Below are positions 39,792 to 48,255 of a DNA stretch of 64,000 nucleotides, one piece after another (position 1 is the stretch's first letter; every line of letters starts with the position of its first letter). The stretch spans positions 14,249-78,248 of the forward strand of contig JACPHO010000001.1 in the NCBI GenBank assembly GCA_016188545.1. Direction: 5' to 3'. Source of the DNA: Candidatus Shapirobacteria bacterium (GTDB lineage: Bacteria; Patescibacteriota; Microgenomatia; UBA12405). The notes under the pieces are model-generated. The model was not told the DNA's origin, did no database searches, and saw only the letters and a list, made by a program, of their open reading frames with translations. A program made the translations under genes and the position numbers.

Positions 39792-40073
39792 CTACAAAAA
39801 CTTCACCCCAAATACCACTTGCACCAGCTGGGCAACAAAGTAAGCAATGAAAATTATGATAAATCCGATAATTCCCGCCGAGATTTTACCGTATCCTGAC
39901 TTTGATTTTGCTGGGTCACCACCAGCAGTCATCAATCCAATCCCTCCAGAAATAATCATTAAAAGCATTGCCAGTCCAGCAATGACATATACATAAGGCA
40001 ATGCCGCGTTCACCACCGACCCTAAGTTGGGAAACTTGTTACTAACTGCATCTTTCGGAAGAGTTATTGCCAT
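39792..40073 (-). CDS. CPR pilin-like protein (TrbC/VirB2-like)
   Basis: TM-GGxxLMTAGGDP.K..G..KI...IIG-TM. Confidence 0.8.
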   Translation of the reverse strand: MAITLPKDAVSNKFPNLGSVVNAALPYVYVIAGLAMLLMIISGGIGLMTAGGDPAKSKSGYGKISAGIIGFIIIFIAYFVAQLVQVVFGVKFL

Positions 40074-40074
40074 A

Positions 40075-40482
40075 TTAGTTAATTCCTGGAATTTTTAATA
40101 TCCCCACAGCAATTAGTCGCAGGAGGAACAGTGCAAATATCGAAAGAAGTAATCCAGTTATTGCTGAGGTAATTGTTTCCTGAGCTCCAGCCACTTTTTT
40201 TGGATCACCACTGGAAGTGGTTAACAGAATAAATCCATAAACCATTAATAAGAAAGCAATTCCTCCGGAAATGCCAAACATAAACGGCAATAGCCAGGCC
40301 ACAAAGGCATCTATTTTTACCGGCACACAACCAAATGCAGTGTCTACTTTTGGATCATTTCCTGTTTGGCAAAATGCTTTACTGGCGGCAGCCTGGACAG
40401 GACTTACACAATTCGCCATCAAAACCATCACAAATAACAGTACTTTCGCCAATTTCCCTAAATGCATACCCAAGTATAACAT
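40075..40482 (-). CDS. CPR pilin-like protein (TrbC/VirB2-like)
   Basis: TAFGCVP, YGF.L.TSSGDPKK..GA.ETITSAI.GL. Confidence 0.8.
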   Translation of the reverse strand: MLYLGMHLGKLAKVLLFVMVLMANCVSPVQAAASKAFCQTGNDPKVDTAFGCVPVKIDAFVAWLLPFMFGISGGIAFLLMVYGFILLTTSSGDPKKVAGAQETITSAITGLLLSIFALFLLRLIAVGILKIPGIN

Positions 40483-42238
40483 GACCTATTCAATGCTAAA
40501 ATTATTAGTGGTCCACAAATTTATATTTATTTTTACTCTTTACTCTTTACTTTTTACTTTTGTTGGCAGAGTATTTGCCGACGAGGTCGATGATTGTATC
40601 AAAAATAATCCCGGTAATCAGGACCCATGTATTTCCCTTATTAGCAAAAAAATAACCGACCTCCAAAATGCTATTAACCCACTTCAAAAAGAGTCCACCG
40701 GACTCCAATCCAAGATCACCTCCGCTAAAGTAACTATTGCCAACATGGAGAAACAAATTGTGACATTGGGTGAAAAGCTGATCAACAAAGAAACCAACTT
40801 AGAAGTCCAAAAGACCTTGTTGTATGAGCGGGTTCGCCAGTACTATATCAACAGTCGAAAATACAACCCTCTTCTGGTCTTTTTCTCCAGCCATGAATCC
40901 ACTTCTCTTTTGCGGTCTTACTCGTGGTACCAGGCGGTTATTAATCAGGATAAAAATACTATCACCACCTATGTTTCCGATATTTCCAGCTTAAATCAAA
41001 ACAAAACAAAACTAGAAAGTGAAAAAACTAAATTAGCTTCACTCAAAAAAACCTTCGAATCTCGAATCACTTTTCTTGGCGGAGAAATTAAAAAAGCCGA
41101 AGCGTATAAAGCTGACCTAAGTAAACGCCAACAGTCCTTAATTGCTGAAAAAAACGCTCTCTTTTCAACTAGTGTCGGAGATGTCAGTAGTAGTGACGAT
41201 CCTGCCTCACGCTCGGACTACAACCCTGGCTTCTCACCAGCCTTTGCTGTCTTTTCCTTCGGAGCCCCGCACCGCAACGGTATGAGCCAATACGGCGCTT
41301 TCGGTCGGGCCAAAGCCGGGCAAAACTACGAAACAATCCTCAAAGTCTACTATGGTGACATTCGTGTCGAAAAAATCGACACCGGTAGTTCCATCAAAAC
41401 TGATGTTGGTACTTTGCCTTTTGAGGACAACTATTTAGTTGGAATTGCCGAAATGCCGGCCAAATGGGGTGATGAGGGTGGTTATGAGGCTCTCAAAGCA
41501 CAGGCTATTGCTGCTCGAACCTATGCTCTTAGTCGCACTGAAAACTTGAACAAACAAATTTGTGTTACTGAAGCCTGTCAGGTCTATAGTAAATCACGTC
41601 TTAATTCTCCCGGTCGTTGGCGTCAGGCTGTTGCTGATACTCGGGGTATGGTTGTCAAAAGTAACAAAACTGGCCAAATTTTCTCTACCAAATACGCCTC
41701 CACCTCTGGTGGCTCAATTCTTTCCTATTCCTCCTCAGGTCACTCAACGCCTATGTTGTGGGACACCACCTGTGGTAATCAATCTTGCTGGCCTAGTAGC
41801 TCTTATGAAAAGTCGGCTGGGTCTGCTTGGTATTACAAAGGTTGGTACAAATCGCGCACCGGATCCGCTTACGGGCGTTCTCACCCTTGGTTAAACAACG
41901 AAGAGTTTAGTGACATCGTCAACGCTGTTTTATATTTCACCAAAACTCAAGACCAAAGTCACCTTTCTCAGAACCAAAACTGTATTAGTGGTTGCGATCC
42001 GGACTCATGGTCGAGAGATGAATTAAAACGTCAGGTCTCTGATAAAGGTGGTCCGGTAACACGAGTTAATTCAGTTAGCGTCGACTATTCCACAGGTGGC
42101 TATACTAAGACCGTCCGTGTCGGTACTGATAAGGGTGACTTGGTTTTTGATGGGGGAGACTTCCGCGACATTTTTACCCTCCGCGCCCCTGGCGCTCTTA
42201 CCGCCAAATCCGGGTTATTCAATATCGAGAAAAAATAG
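40481..42238 (+). CDS. Secreted coiled-coil plus SpoIID/LytB peptidoglycan hydrolase
   Basis: Signal peptide, coiled coil, HRNGMSQYGA, EALKAQAIAARTYA, CQVY; start 40481 or 40493. Confidence 0.88.
   Translation: MTYSMLKLLVVHKFIFIFTLYSLLFTFVGRVFADEVDDCIKNNPGNQDPCISLISKKITDLQNAINPLQKESTGLQSKITSAKVTIANMEKQIVTLGEKLINKETNLEVQKTLLYERVRQYYINSRKYNPLLVFFSSHESTSLLRSYSWYQAVINQDKNTITTYVSDISSLNQNKTKLESEKTKLASLKKTFESRITFLGGEIKKAEAYKADLSKRQQSLIAEKNALFSTSVGDVSSSDDPASRSDYNPGFSPAFAVFSFGAPHRNGMSQYGAFGRAKAGQNYETILKVYYGDIRVEKIDTGSSIKTDVGTLPFEDNYLVGIAEMPAKWGDEGGYEALKAQAIAARTYALSRTENLNKQICVTEACQVYSKSRLNSPGRWRQAVADTRGMVVKSNKTGQIFSTKYASTSGGSILSYSSSGHSTPMLWDTTCGNQSCWPSSSYEKSAGSAWYYKGWYKSRTGSAYGRSHPWLNNEEFSDIVNAVLYFTKTQDQSHLSQNQNCISGCDPDSWSRDELKRQVSDKGGPVTRVNSVSVDYSTGGYTKTVRVGTDKGDLVFDGGDFRDIFTLRAPGALTAKSGLFNIEKK
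40530..40557 (+). repeat. Heptamer array (TyTTTAC) in the signal-peptide region
   Basis: TTTTTAC TCTTTAC TCTTTAC TTTTTAC. Confidence 0.65.
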
Positions 42239-42957
42239 TGCCCGACTTTACTGCCGAAAATTATCCAAAAAGCTTCGGTACTGTTGACTCTCACAACTTT
42301 CGACTCAAAAGTTATCTCGACCTATCAAATCGTCAGTTGTACTTTGTCGACAAAAAATTTTGGGATTTCATCAACCTTACCGCCCACCAAATAATCCCTA
42401 TTACTGTATACAAAAACTATCAATACCTCGCCCACGGCTGGGAATGGTCAGTGTTTCGTGATGGAAATTCTGTTATCAAAATACCCTCAGGTAAATTTAT
42501 TGAAGTAAATGACCCAAAGTATCTCGACAATACCAAAACAGCCTATGGTCTAATTTGCCAATATTTCCCATCAAAATTTATTGCCCAAACTACTTTTGAA
42601 AGAAACCAAGGTCTAAATATCATCACTCAAGAGTATATTTCCGGCAAGTCAAATTTCAAAATTGGCTACCACTCTCAAAACAAACTATTACTTCGCAACC
42701 TCCAAAAACTACTTGAATCAATGCTTGCTTTACTAAGGGCGCACAATTGGCTTCCCGACTTCGACATTCATCGTGACCACGGCGGTTTTGTGTTACGAAA
42801 CATCATTTTTACCAAATATCATTGTCCCAAAATCGTCGACTTCACCGCCTATTACGATGTTTATCGGCTTTACCCCTACCGTCAGCAAAAAGAAATACTA
42901 TCCAAGCGCCGTCAAATCAAAGACTTTCTCAGCTGGATCAAACAAAAAAATGGCTAA
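42238..42957 (+). CDS. Protein-kinase-like fold protein
   Basis: LAHGWEWSVF, VIK, QEYI, D...RNII, KIVDF. Confidence 0.6.
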   Translation: MPDFTAENYPKSFGTVDSHNFRLKSYLDLSNRQLYFVDKKFWDFINLTAHQIIPITVYKNYQYLAHGWEWSVFRDGNSVIKIPSGKFIEVNDPKYLDNTKTAYGLICQYFPSKFIAQTTFERNQGLNIITQEYISGKSNFKIGYHSQNKLLLRNLQKLLESMLALLRAHNWLPDFDIHRDHGGFVLRNIIFTKYHCPKIVDFTAYYDVYRLYPYRQQKEILSKRRQIKDFLSWIKQKNG

Positions 42958-43471
42958 TTCAATCCTCATCTATGCCTTTAGCAACCAATGGGCCACCAAT
43001 ATCTCCCGACGTGTCTTATCAGAACTCCAAAATAACCTAAAATCATCTGACATTACCTTCCTCCCCATCCACTATCATCCCAAAAGCTTTTTCAAAAAAC
43101 ATATTGAATTCAATAATTATTCCTTAATTATCGGTCTGGGGGATTTCTTCGGTAAAACAGACAAAATTAGATTGGAAACAATCACTCACAACGTCTATGG
43201 TGAAAATTCAATCTATCCGTTTTCCCCAATCAATTTAGAAATATCCCTCCCTCCTCTTGACTGTCTTGACACCCGTATTTTTACAGTTGGTGAGCATATG
43301 GGCAAATACAATTGCAATTGGTTAGCCTATTCAACCGAGCTCTACATCCAGCAATATTCTCCCAACACCAGACAACTATTTTTTCACCTCCCCAAAACCC
43401 AAAAAGCCACCATTCTGGCAAATCAAATTATTACAATGTTCAAAAATAATAGTATTTTGCCCTATTCATAA
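42950..43471 (+). CDS. Pyroglutamyl-peptidase I (C15)-like protein
   Basis: IIGLG, IRLE, GKYNCN, FFHLP (Glu/Cys/His triad). Confidence 0.75.
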   Translation: MANSILIYAFSNQWATNISRRVLSELQNNLKSSDITFLPIHYHPKSFFKKHIEFNNYSLIIGLGDFFGKTDKIRLETITHNVYGENSIYPFSPINLEISLPPLDCLDTRIFTVGEHMGKYNCNWLAYSTELYIQQYSPNTRQLFFHLPKTQKATILANQIITMFKNNSILPYS

Positions 43472-43499
43472 ATCATATGTCATAAAACTTAAATCATTG
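43465..43499 (+). repeat. Heptamer array (wTCATAh type)
   Basis: TTCATAA ATCATAT GTCATAA AACTTAA ATCATTG, directly before TATAAT. Confidence 0.65.
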
Positions 43500-43510
43500 T
43501 ATAATTCACT

Positions 43511-44254
43511 ATGCCTCGAGTTTCTGATGTTGATACTATTGCCCCAGATGATCAAATAACTTCAACCCCTACTCCATCTCCAGTAAAAAAATCTGTGACC
43601 CTCAAAAAAGATAAGAAAGTCACTAAAACTCCAGAAGTTGTCACCTCCTTACCAACTACACCTAATACAAATCCTTTGGTTGAAAGTGTCTACAAAATTC
43701 TGGGCCACACCCGCCACCCTTTTTCTTCAACCCTAATCCATCCCCATGTTTTTGACTTTCAGGAAAGGGACGACGACGAAATTGTCCTAGTTGTCGCTCG
43801 ACAACATTGGTTCACCAACGTCAGGTGGATACTTATCAGCTTATTCATGGTTTTATTCCCTTCACTCTTTCGTTTTGTTCCTACTTTACTCGAAATCCCC
43901 GGTACCTATCTTTTTGTGGGGTATTTGTTTTGGTATCTCATTACATTTGCTTTTGCCTTCGAAAGTTTTCTCTCTTGGTATTTTAATGTTTATATCATTA
44001 CTTCCAAAAGAGTTATCGATATCGACTTTAACAATCTATTAACCAAAAAATATTCTGAAGCTACTATCGATGCCATCCAAGATGTTACTTCTACAGTCAT
44101 TGGTGCAATCCCCACAGTGTTCAACTATGGCAACGTCCTTATTCAAACCGCCTCAGAAGTCAACGAGCTCGAGTTCGGCAGAGTAGCCAATCCTGAAAAA
44201 ATTATCAAAGTCCTTCAGGAAGTTCGTGACCAATACAAAGGAGGTCAAATCTAA
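43511..44254 (+). CDS. Membrane protein with bacterial PH domain
   Basis: RQHW, two TM helices, YIITSKRVID, IQDV, FNYGNV.IQTA. Confidence 0.85.
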   Translation: MPRVSDVDTIAPDDQITSTPTPSPVKKSVTLKKDKKVTKTPEVVTSLPTTPNTNPLVESVYKILGHTRHPFSSTLIHPHVFDFQERDDDEIVLVVARQHWFTNVRWILISLFMVLFPSLFRFVPTLLEIPGTYLFVGYLFWYLITFAFAFESFLSWYFNVYIITSKRVIDIDFNNLLTKKYSEATIDAIQDVTSTVIGAIPTVFNYGNVLIQTASEVNELEFGRVANPEKIIKVLQEVRDQYKGGQI

Positions 44255-44472
44255 TGTTTCCCCAAATCAACACCTACATGCTCCTGGTTCAAAAATTTTC
44301 TTTTGTTCTCGGATCAATTCTTTATCTACTTTTCGCCTTTATTGTAGTCAAGCAAACCACCATGATGAGCAAAAATGTCAGCGATAAGTTCAACACCGTA
44401 CTAATAACATTTGCCTACCTTCACGCTGCATTTGCCATATTTCTTGTTTTTCTCACTCTTACTATCTTATAG
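44254..44472 (+). CDS. Small two-TM protein (DUF5657-like)
   Basis: YLLFAFIVVKQ..MM pattern. Confidence 0.65.
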   Translation: MFPQINTYMLLVQKFSFVLGSILYLLFAFIVVKQTTMMSKNVSDKFNTVLITFAYLHAAFAIFLVFLTLTIL

Positions 44473-44814
44473 TCTGGGTGCCATTACTGTTCCAGTCTTG
44501 CTTATTCTTATTGTGACACTTTCATTTTGGACACTTTTAATTGCACTGTTAACACACCAACCATCGTCACCTTTTTCGCCAAGGTAGGCCCCCATGAAAG
44601 TTACTCTGTCTCCTTTTTTTACATAAAGCTCAGCCAAACTTGGGCTAGCTGTCACTGGTATAACGACAACATCATAACTCGCACTTCTACCCTCCTCGCT
44701 ATTTGATGCGACATGAATATTTTTGGCATTACGTAATGTTGCGTTAATTTTTTCCAGAGCATTTTCAGCAGCAACAATCTGTTGCTTATCCATTGCGCCT
44801 CTATGGTTTTTCAA
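44467..44814 (-). CDS. Hypothetical protein
   Basis: 115 aa ORF; start uncertain. Confidence 0.5.
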   Translation of the reverse strand: MKNHRGAMDKQQIVAAENALEKINATLRNAKNIHVASNSEEGRSASYDVVVIPVTASPSLAELYVKKGDRVTFMGAYLGEKGDDGWCVNSAIKSVQNESVTIRISKTGTVMAPRL

Positions 44815-44953
44815 GTCGTTTTCAATGCAACTAGAATGAATTATGATATTTATATCTCGTCCAGTTATATCCTATATTATACAATAAGTTGACTATAAAA
44901 TCAATGTTACCTATTAAATTTGTAATCTAAAAAATTCAGTTTACACTTAATTA

Positions 44954-45298
44954 ATGAAGATTTCTCGTTTTGAAGAAATTTTAGTCTGGCAAAAAACCAA
45001 GCCATTTATTGTCGAAATCTACAAATCATTTTTAAATGTCGGCGACTATTCATTCAGAGACCAGGTACTTCGTGCCAGTGTTTCAATTATGAATAATATT
45101 GCCGAAGGTTTTGAAAGAGGCTCCAATCCTGACTTCAAAAAGTTTCTTTACATTTCCAAAGGATCAGCCGGTGAGGTCCGCTCCATGCTCTATCTTGCAC
45201 TGGACTTATCATATATTACCCAAGAAAAATCCGCTAAACTTATACAAGAGACAGAAGAGATCTCAAAAATGTTATCTGGCTTAATTAAAGTACTTTAA
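44954..45298 (+). CDS. Four-helix-bundle protein (23S rRNA IVP / Avd-like family)
   Basis: FEEILVWQK, DQVLRASVSIMNNIAEGFER, FLYISKGSAGE. Confidence 0.93.
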   Translation: MKISRFEEILVWQKTKPFIVEIYKSFLNVGDYSFRDQVLRASVSIMNNIAEGFERGSNPDFKKFLYISKGSAGEVRSMLYLALDLSYITQEKSAKLIQETEEISKMLSGLIKVL

Positions 45299-45302
45299 TA
45301 CT

Positions 45303-45351
45303 AACTTTATGAACCTTACAAACTTTATAAACTTTTTAACTTTATAAACTC
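45303..45351 (+). repeat. Nonamer array (AACTTTATA) after the four-helix-bundle gene
   Basis: AACTTTATG AACCTTACA AACTTTATA AACTTTTT AACTTTATA AACTC. Confidence 0.8.
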
Positions 45352-45355
45352 AATT

Positions 45356-47206
45356 ATGCACTTCATTTGTCGATCTTTTCTGGGCCATACCGAAGAAAAC
45401 TCATGGTCCCAATATTGGGAGAATGAACCAGATGATCGACAGTTGGTTTTAGAGAAAGGACACTTATTTGCCCTAGTAAATATTGTTTCTGATCAAGATA
45501 GCTCAACTAGTGACCTGGGACACCGGCTTATTGAAGAGATTAATGGACAATATTTTTCTTCAACTGGTACCACGATACCTATCTCACTGAAAAGTACAGT
45601 CGAATCGGTAGTCGCCAGTACCCAAAACGAATTGGTCGACATCTCCCTCACAGTAGCTATAGTTCACCGTTCTCAGCTATATATTGCCATGTACAATTCC
45701 GGCTATGGGTTTTTAGTTAGGGGTAAAAGTATTTCAAAAGTAATTAGTGGTAAAACCGGTGAAGTAACCATGATCTCTGGTAAGGTGCTATCAAACGATT
45801 TGCTGTTTGTTTGCACATCAGGTTTTTATGACAATCTATCTCCAGAAAAGTTAAAATCGTTTTTATCTTATTCGACAATTCAGGAAATCGAAGAAAGCTT
45901 TTTATCTGAACTTTACACCCTTTCGCAACAACACACTCTTGCCGGACTTCTGATAGGAGTTTACGAAGAAGACCAACGTCTTCCCCTAATGTCCGAGCCA
46001 AAATCAGTTCCCAGAGAAATACACGAGGTAGAAACAGTTACACTTCCTTCCGAAGAAGTGTCAGCTCCCGGACAACCATCTGTTTATATTACATCTCATG
46101 ATTCATCAGGAATCAAAAAACGTCGCCGGTTAAATATAGCTATTGGGTTAATTATCCTGATTGCCTTATCCATCAGTATTTTTTTTGGTTCAAAACGCAA
46201 CCAAGAAGCCAAAATAGAGTCAGAATATCAGTCACTCAAAACTCAGTATCTCGCCAAAATCGACAACGCCAAAGCCGTTAAAAACATCAATCTAACCGAG
46301 TCCCAAAATCTCGCCAAAAACGCCAAAGACATCGCATCCAAGATGCATGATCTAAAAATTCATGAGGAAGAAGTAAAGCAACTAATTGCATCTACTGATG
46401 AAATTCTTTCTCAAACTGGCTCAGCTGATAGTTACCAGCCACAACGTTTTTACGACACTACTCTTATAAACTCAGAAGCTCAGTATTCTCAACTTATCAT
46501 CCAAAAGAATAACCTTTTCCTCTTAGACACATCCAACGGTCATGTAGACAAGCTCGACGTTTCCTCTAAGAGCCAACAAAAAATCGTCTACAATGATGCT
46601 CTCAAAAACACAATAAGCTTCAGTGAAAACAACGGTCAATTATATTTTCTTACCGACAAAAAGATCCAATCTTTTAATGGTGTCTCGCTTACGTCTGTAC
46701 TTACCATTACTGATGGTGTCAAAGATTTTGAGTGGGGCAAGATCGCCATGTGGAATGGAAGTCTGTATTTAATGGGTAAAACTCCTACCTCAACCAGCAT
46801 TTGGAAATACACCCCCTCGGGGAATTCCTTTGGTTCAGTCACAGAATGGGTCAAAAAACCCTCCGAGTTTCCCTCTAACGCCTCCTTCTTTGCTATCAAC
46901 GGCCAGGTCTGGGTTATTACCAAAGATGGCAGCATAGTTCCATATAATCGTGGTGAAAAAGGCCAGTTTAAGTCCCAAATTACTAGCAGCCTCTCAGCTG
47001 CTAACAACTTAGTTACTGCACTCAGCTCCGAAACTCTGGCTTTTACCGAAAAAGACAACTTCGTCTATGTCTATCGTAAGGACGGTTCTACTGCCTCGAG
47101 TTACAACTTTGGTGATCGTCATGTTCTTAGTATTGCTCTTGACTCTACTGCTAATCGATTATTCGTGCTCTGTGGTGATAAAAAAATCTATCAAATTAAG
47201 TTATGA
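45356..47206 (+). CDS. Membrane protein: degenerate PP2C-like N-domain, TM helix, external beta-propeller
   Basis: GHLFALV, DLLFVCTSGF, KKRRR plus TM, repeated YLL/IWKY/VWV beta blades. Confidence 0.65.
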   Translation: MHFICRSFLGHTEENSWSQYWENEPDDRQLVLEKGHLFALVNIVSDQDSSTSDLGHRLIEEINGQYFSSTGTTIPISLKSTVESVVASTQNELVDISLTVAIVHRSQLYIAMYNSGYGFLVRGKSISKVISGKTGEVTMISGKVLSNDLLFVCTSGFYDNLSPEKLKSFLSYSTIQEIEESFLSELYTLSQQHTLAGLLIGVYEEDQRLPLMSEPKSVPREIHEVETVTLPSEEVSAPGQPSVYITSHDSSGIKKRRRLNIAIGLIILIALSISIFFGSKRNQEAKIESEYQSLKTQYLAKIDNAKAVKNINLTESQNLAKNAKDIASKMHDLKIHEEEVKQLIASTDEILSQTGSADSYQPQRFYDTTLINSEAQYSQLIIQKNNLFLLDTSNGHVDKLDVSSKSQQKIVYNDALKNTISFSENNGQLYFLTDKKIQSFNGVSLTSVLTITDGVKDFEWGKIAMWNGSLYLMGKTPTSTSIWKYTPSGNSFGSVTEWVKKPSEFPSNASFFAINGQVWVITKDGSIVPYNRGEKGQFKSQITSSLSAANNLVTALSSETLAFTEKDNFVYVYRKDGSTASSYNFGDRHVLSIALDSTANRLFVLCGDKKIYQIKL

Positions 47207-47229
47207 GATAATCACATAGTTTTGTCTTA

Positions 47230-47264
47230 TTCATACTTCTTAAATCATATTTCATAAATCAATA
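47230..47264 (+). repeat. Heptamer array (wTCATAh type)
   Basis: TTCATAC TTCTTAA ATCATAT TTCATAA ATCAATA, ending at the smpB ATG. Confidence 0.7.
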
Positions 47265-47668
47265 TGAAATTCTTCAATCGAGACTCCTTAGACTACGAAT
47301 TCAAAGACACTTTCGTTGCCGGTCTCGTCCTTACTGGTTCAGATGCCAAATCACTGCGCACTCAAGGTGTCCAATTCAACGGATCAAAAATAGAGATAAT
47401 TAACGGCATACCCACTGTCTTTAACCTTACTATTGAACCCTATAAGTTTGCCCAGTCACAGGAAGTCGATAAAACCAAGGAGCGTAAAATACTCCTTTCA
47501 AGTAAAGAAATAGCCAAGCTCCAAAGTCTTCGTAATCAAAAATATATGATCATCCCTGTCAGTATTTTTCTCAAACACAACTGGTTCAAGATGGAAATCG
47601 GCGTCGGCCGCAAGCTCCGCAAGTTTGAAAAAAGGGACAAACTCAAGAAAAAAGAACAAATGATATAA
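47264..47668 (+). CDS. smpB: SsrA-binding protein (divergent)
   Basis: NR...DY....F.AGLVLTG.D.KSLR, I.PY, RKILL..KEI.KL, K.EIG.GR....EKR. Confidence 0.88.
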   Translation: MKFFNRDSLDYEFKDTFVAGLVLTGSDAKSLRTQGVQFNGSKIEIINGIPTVFNLTIEPYKFAQSQEVDKTKERKILLSSKEIAKLQSLRNQKYMIIPVSIFLKHNWFKMEIGVGRKLRKFEKRDKLKKKEQMI

Positions 47669-47674
47669 TAGGCT

Positions 47675-47908
47675 ATGGCTAACAAAAACACCCAAGGCTC
47701 AATTGAATTAGTACTGCCGAAAGATACCGTAGAGGCAATCAAAGCTTATGCAGAATTTGTTCAACCAAGAATTACATTCGAACAAGCCGTTTCACACTTT
47801 ATTAGTGTTGGTATGGACGTTGAATTGTTAGTCAGAAGCACTCCGGGAATTACTCTCGATACTAGATATGCAAAGAAGGTTTCTGCTACCAAAAAAGGTA
47901 AAAAATAG
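47675..47908 (+). CDS. Small hypothetical protein (ribbon-helix-helix-like)
   Basis: TATAAT 5 nt upstream of ATG; IELVLP..TV.AI...A pattern. Confidence 0.55.
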   Translation: MANKNTQGSIELVLPKDTVEAIKAYAEFVQPRITFEQAVSHFISVGMDVELLVRSTPGITLDTRYAKKVSATKKGKK

Positions 47909-47910
47909 TT

Positions 47911-48156
47911 TTATTCTTCAAAATGTTTCTTGGCAAATGCAATTCCTGATCCGGTTTTTAAATATTTCTCAAACTTAAAAGCAACCTCTTTATTTCTAAA
48001 ACAATGATATTGCCACAAAATCACTGGCAATCTTGATTTGGTATTTTTTACGTTACCATCCGTATGTTCCTTAAATCTATTTTTAAGGTTATCTGTACAC
48101 CCTACATAAAAACCATTATCCGCACACTTTAAAACATATACGATTTGCGCCACCAC
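47911..48156 (-). CDS. Small stand-alone GIY-YIG nuclease
   Basis: VYVLKC.D..FYVGCT.NL..R..EH..G, A..FEKYLKTGSG; start uncertain. Confidence 0.9.
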   Translation of the reverse strand: MVAQIVYVLKCADNGFYVGCTDNLKNRFKEHTDGNVKNTKSRLPVILWQYHCFRNKEVAFKFEKYLKTGSGIAFAKKHFEE

Positions 48157-48224
48157 AAAATAATACGCTAGTTTTATAGAAAGTAAAATATATTACAAGA
48201 AAAATATAAAGGAGGACTTTGTCA

Positions 48225-48255
48225 CTCCGAAGCTCCCCAAAGGGGAGCGAAGGAG
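48225..48255. repeat. Palindromic element abutting the tmRNA 3' end
   Basis: CTCCGAAGCTCCCC-AAA-GGGGAGCGAAGGAG; same family as 48334-48356. Confidence 0.8.

Noticed and set aside
40271-40480. Long N-terminal extensions in the ORF track (also 56084, 42773, 50547, 20371, 16709)
   Set aside because: They overlap neighbouring genes or leaders; downstream ATGs fit the family N-termini and the -10/SD positions better.
45303-45351. CRISPR array in the short-repeat regions
   Set aside because: Units are 7-9 nt with no spacers, and there are no cas genes.
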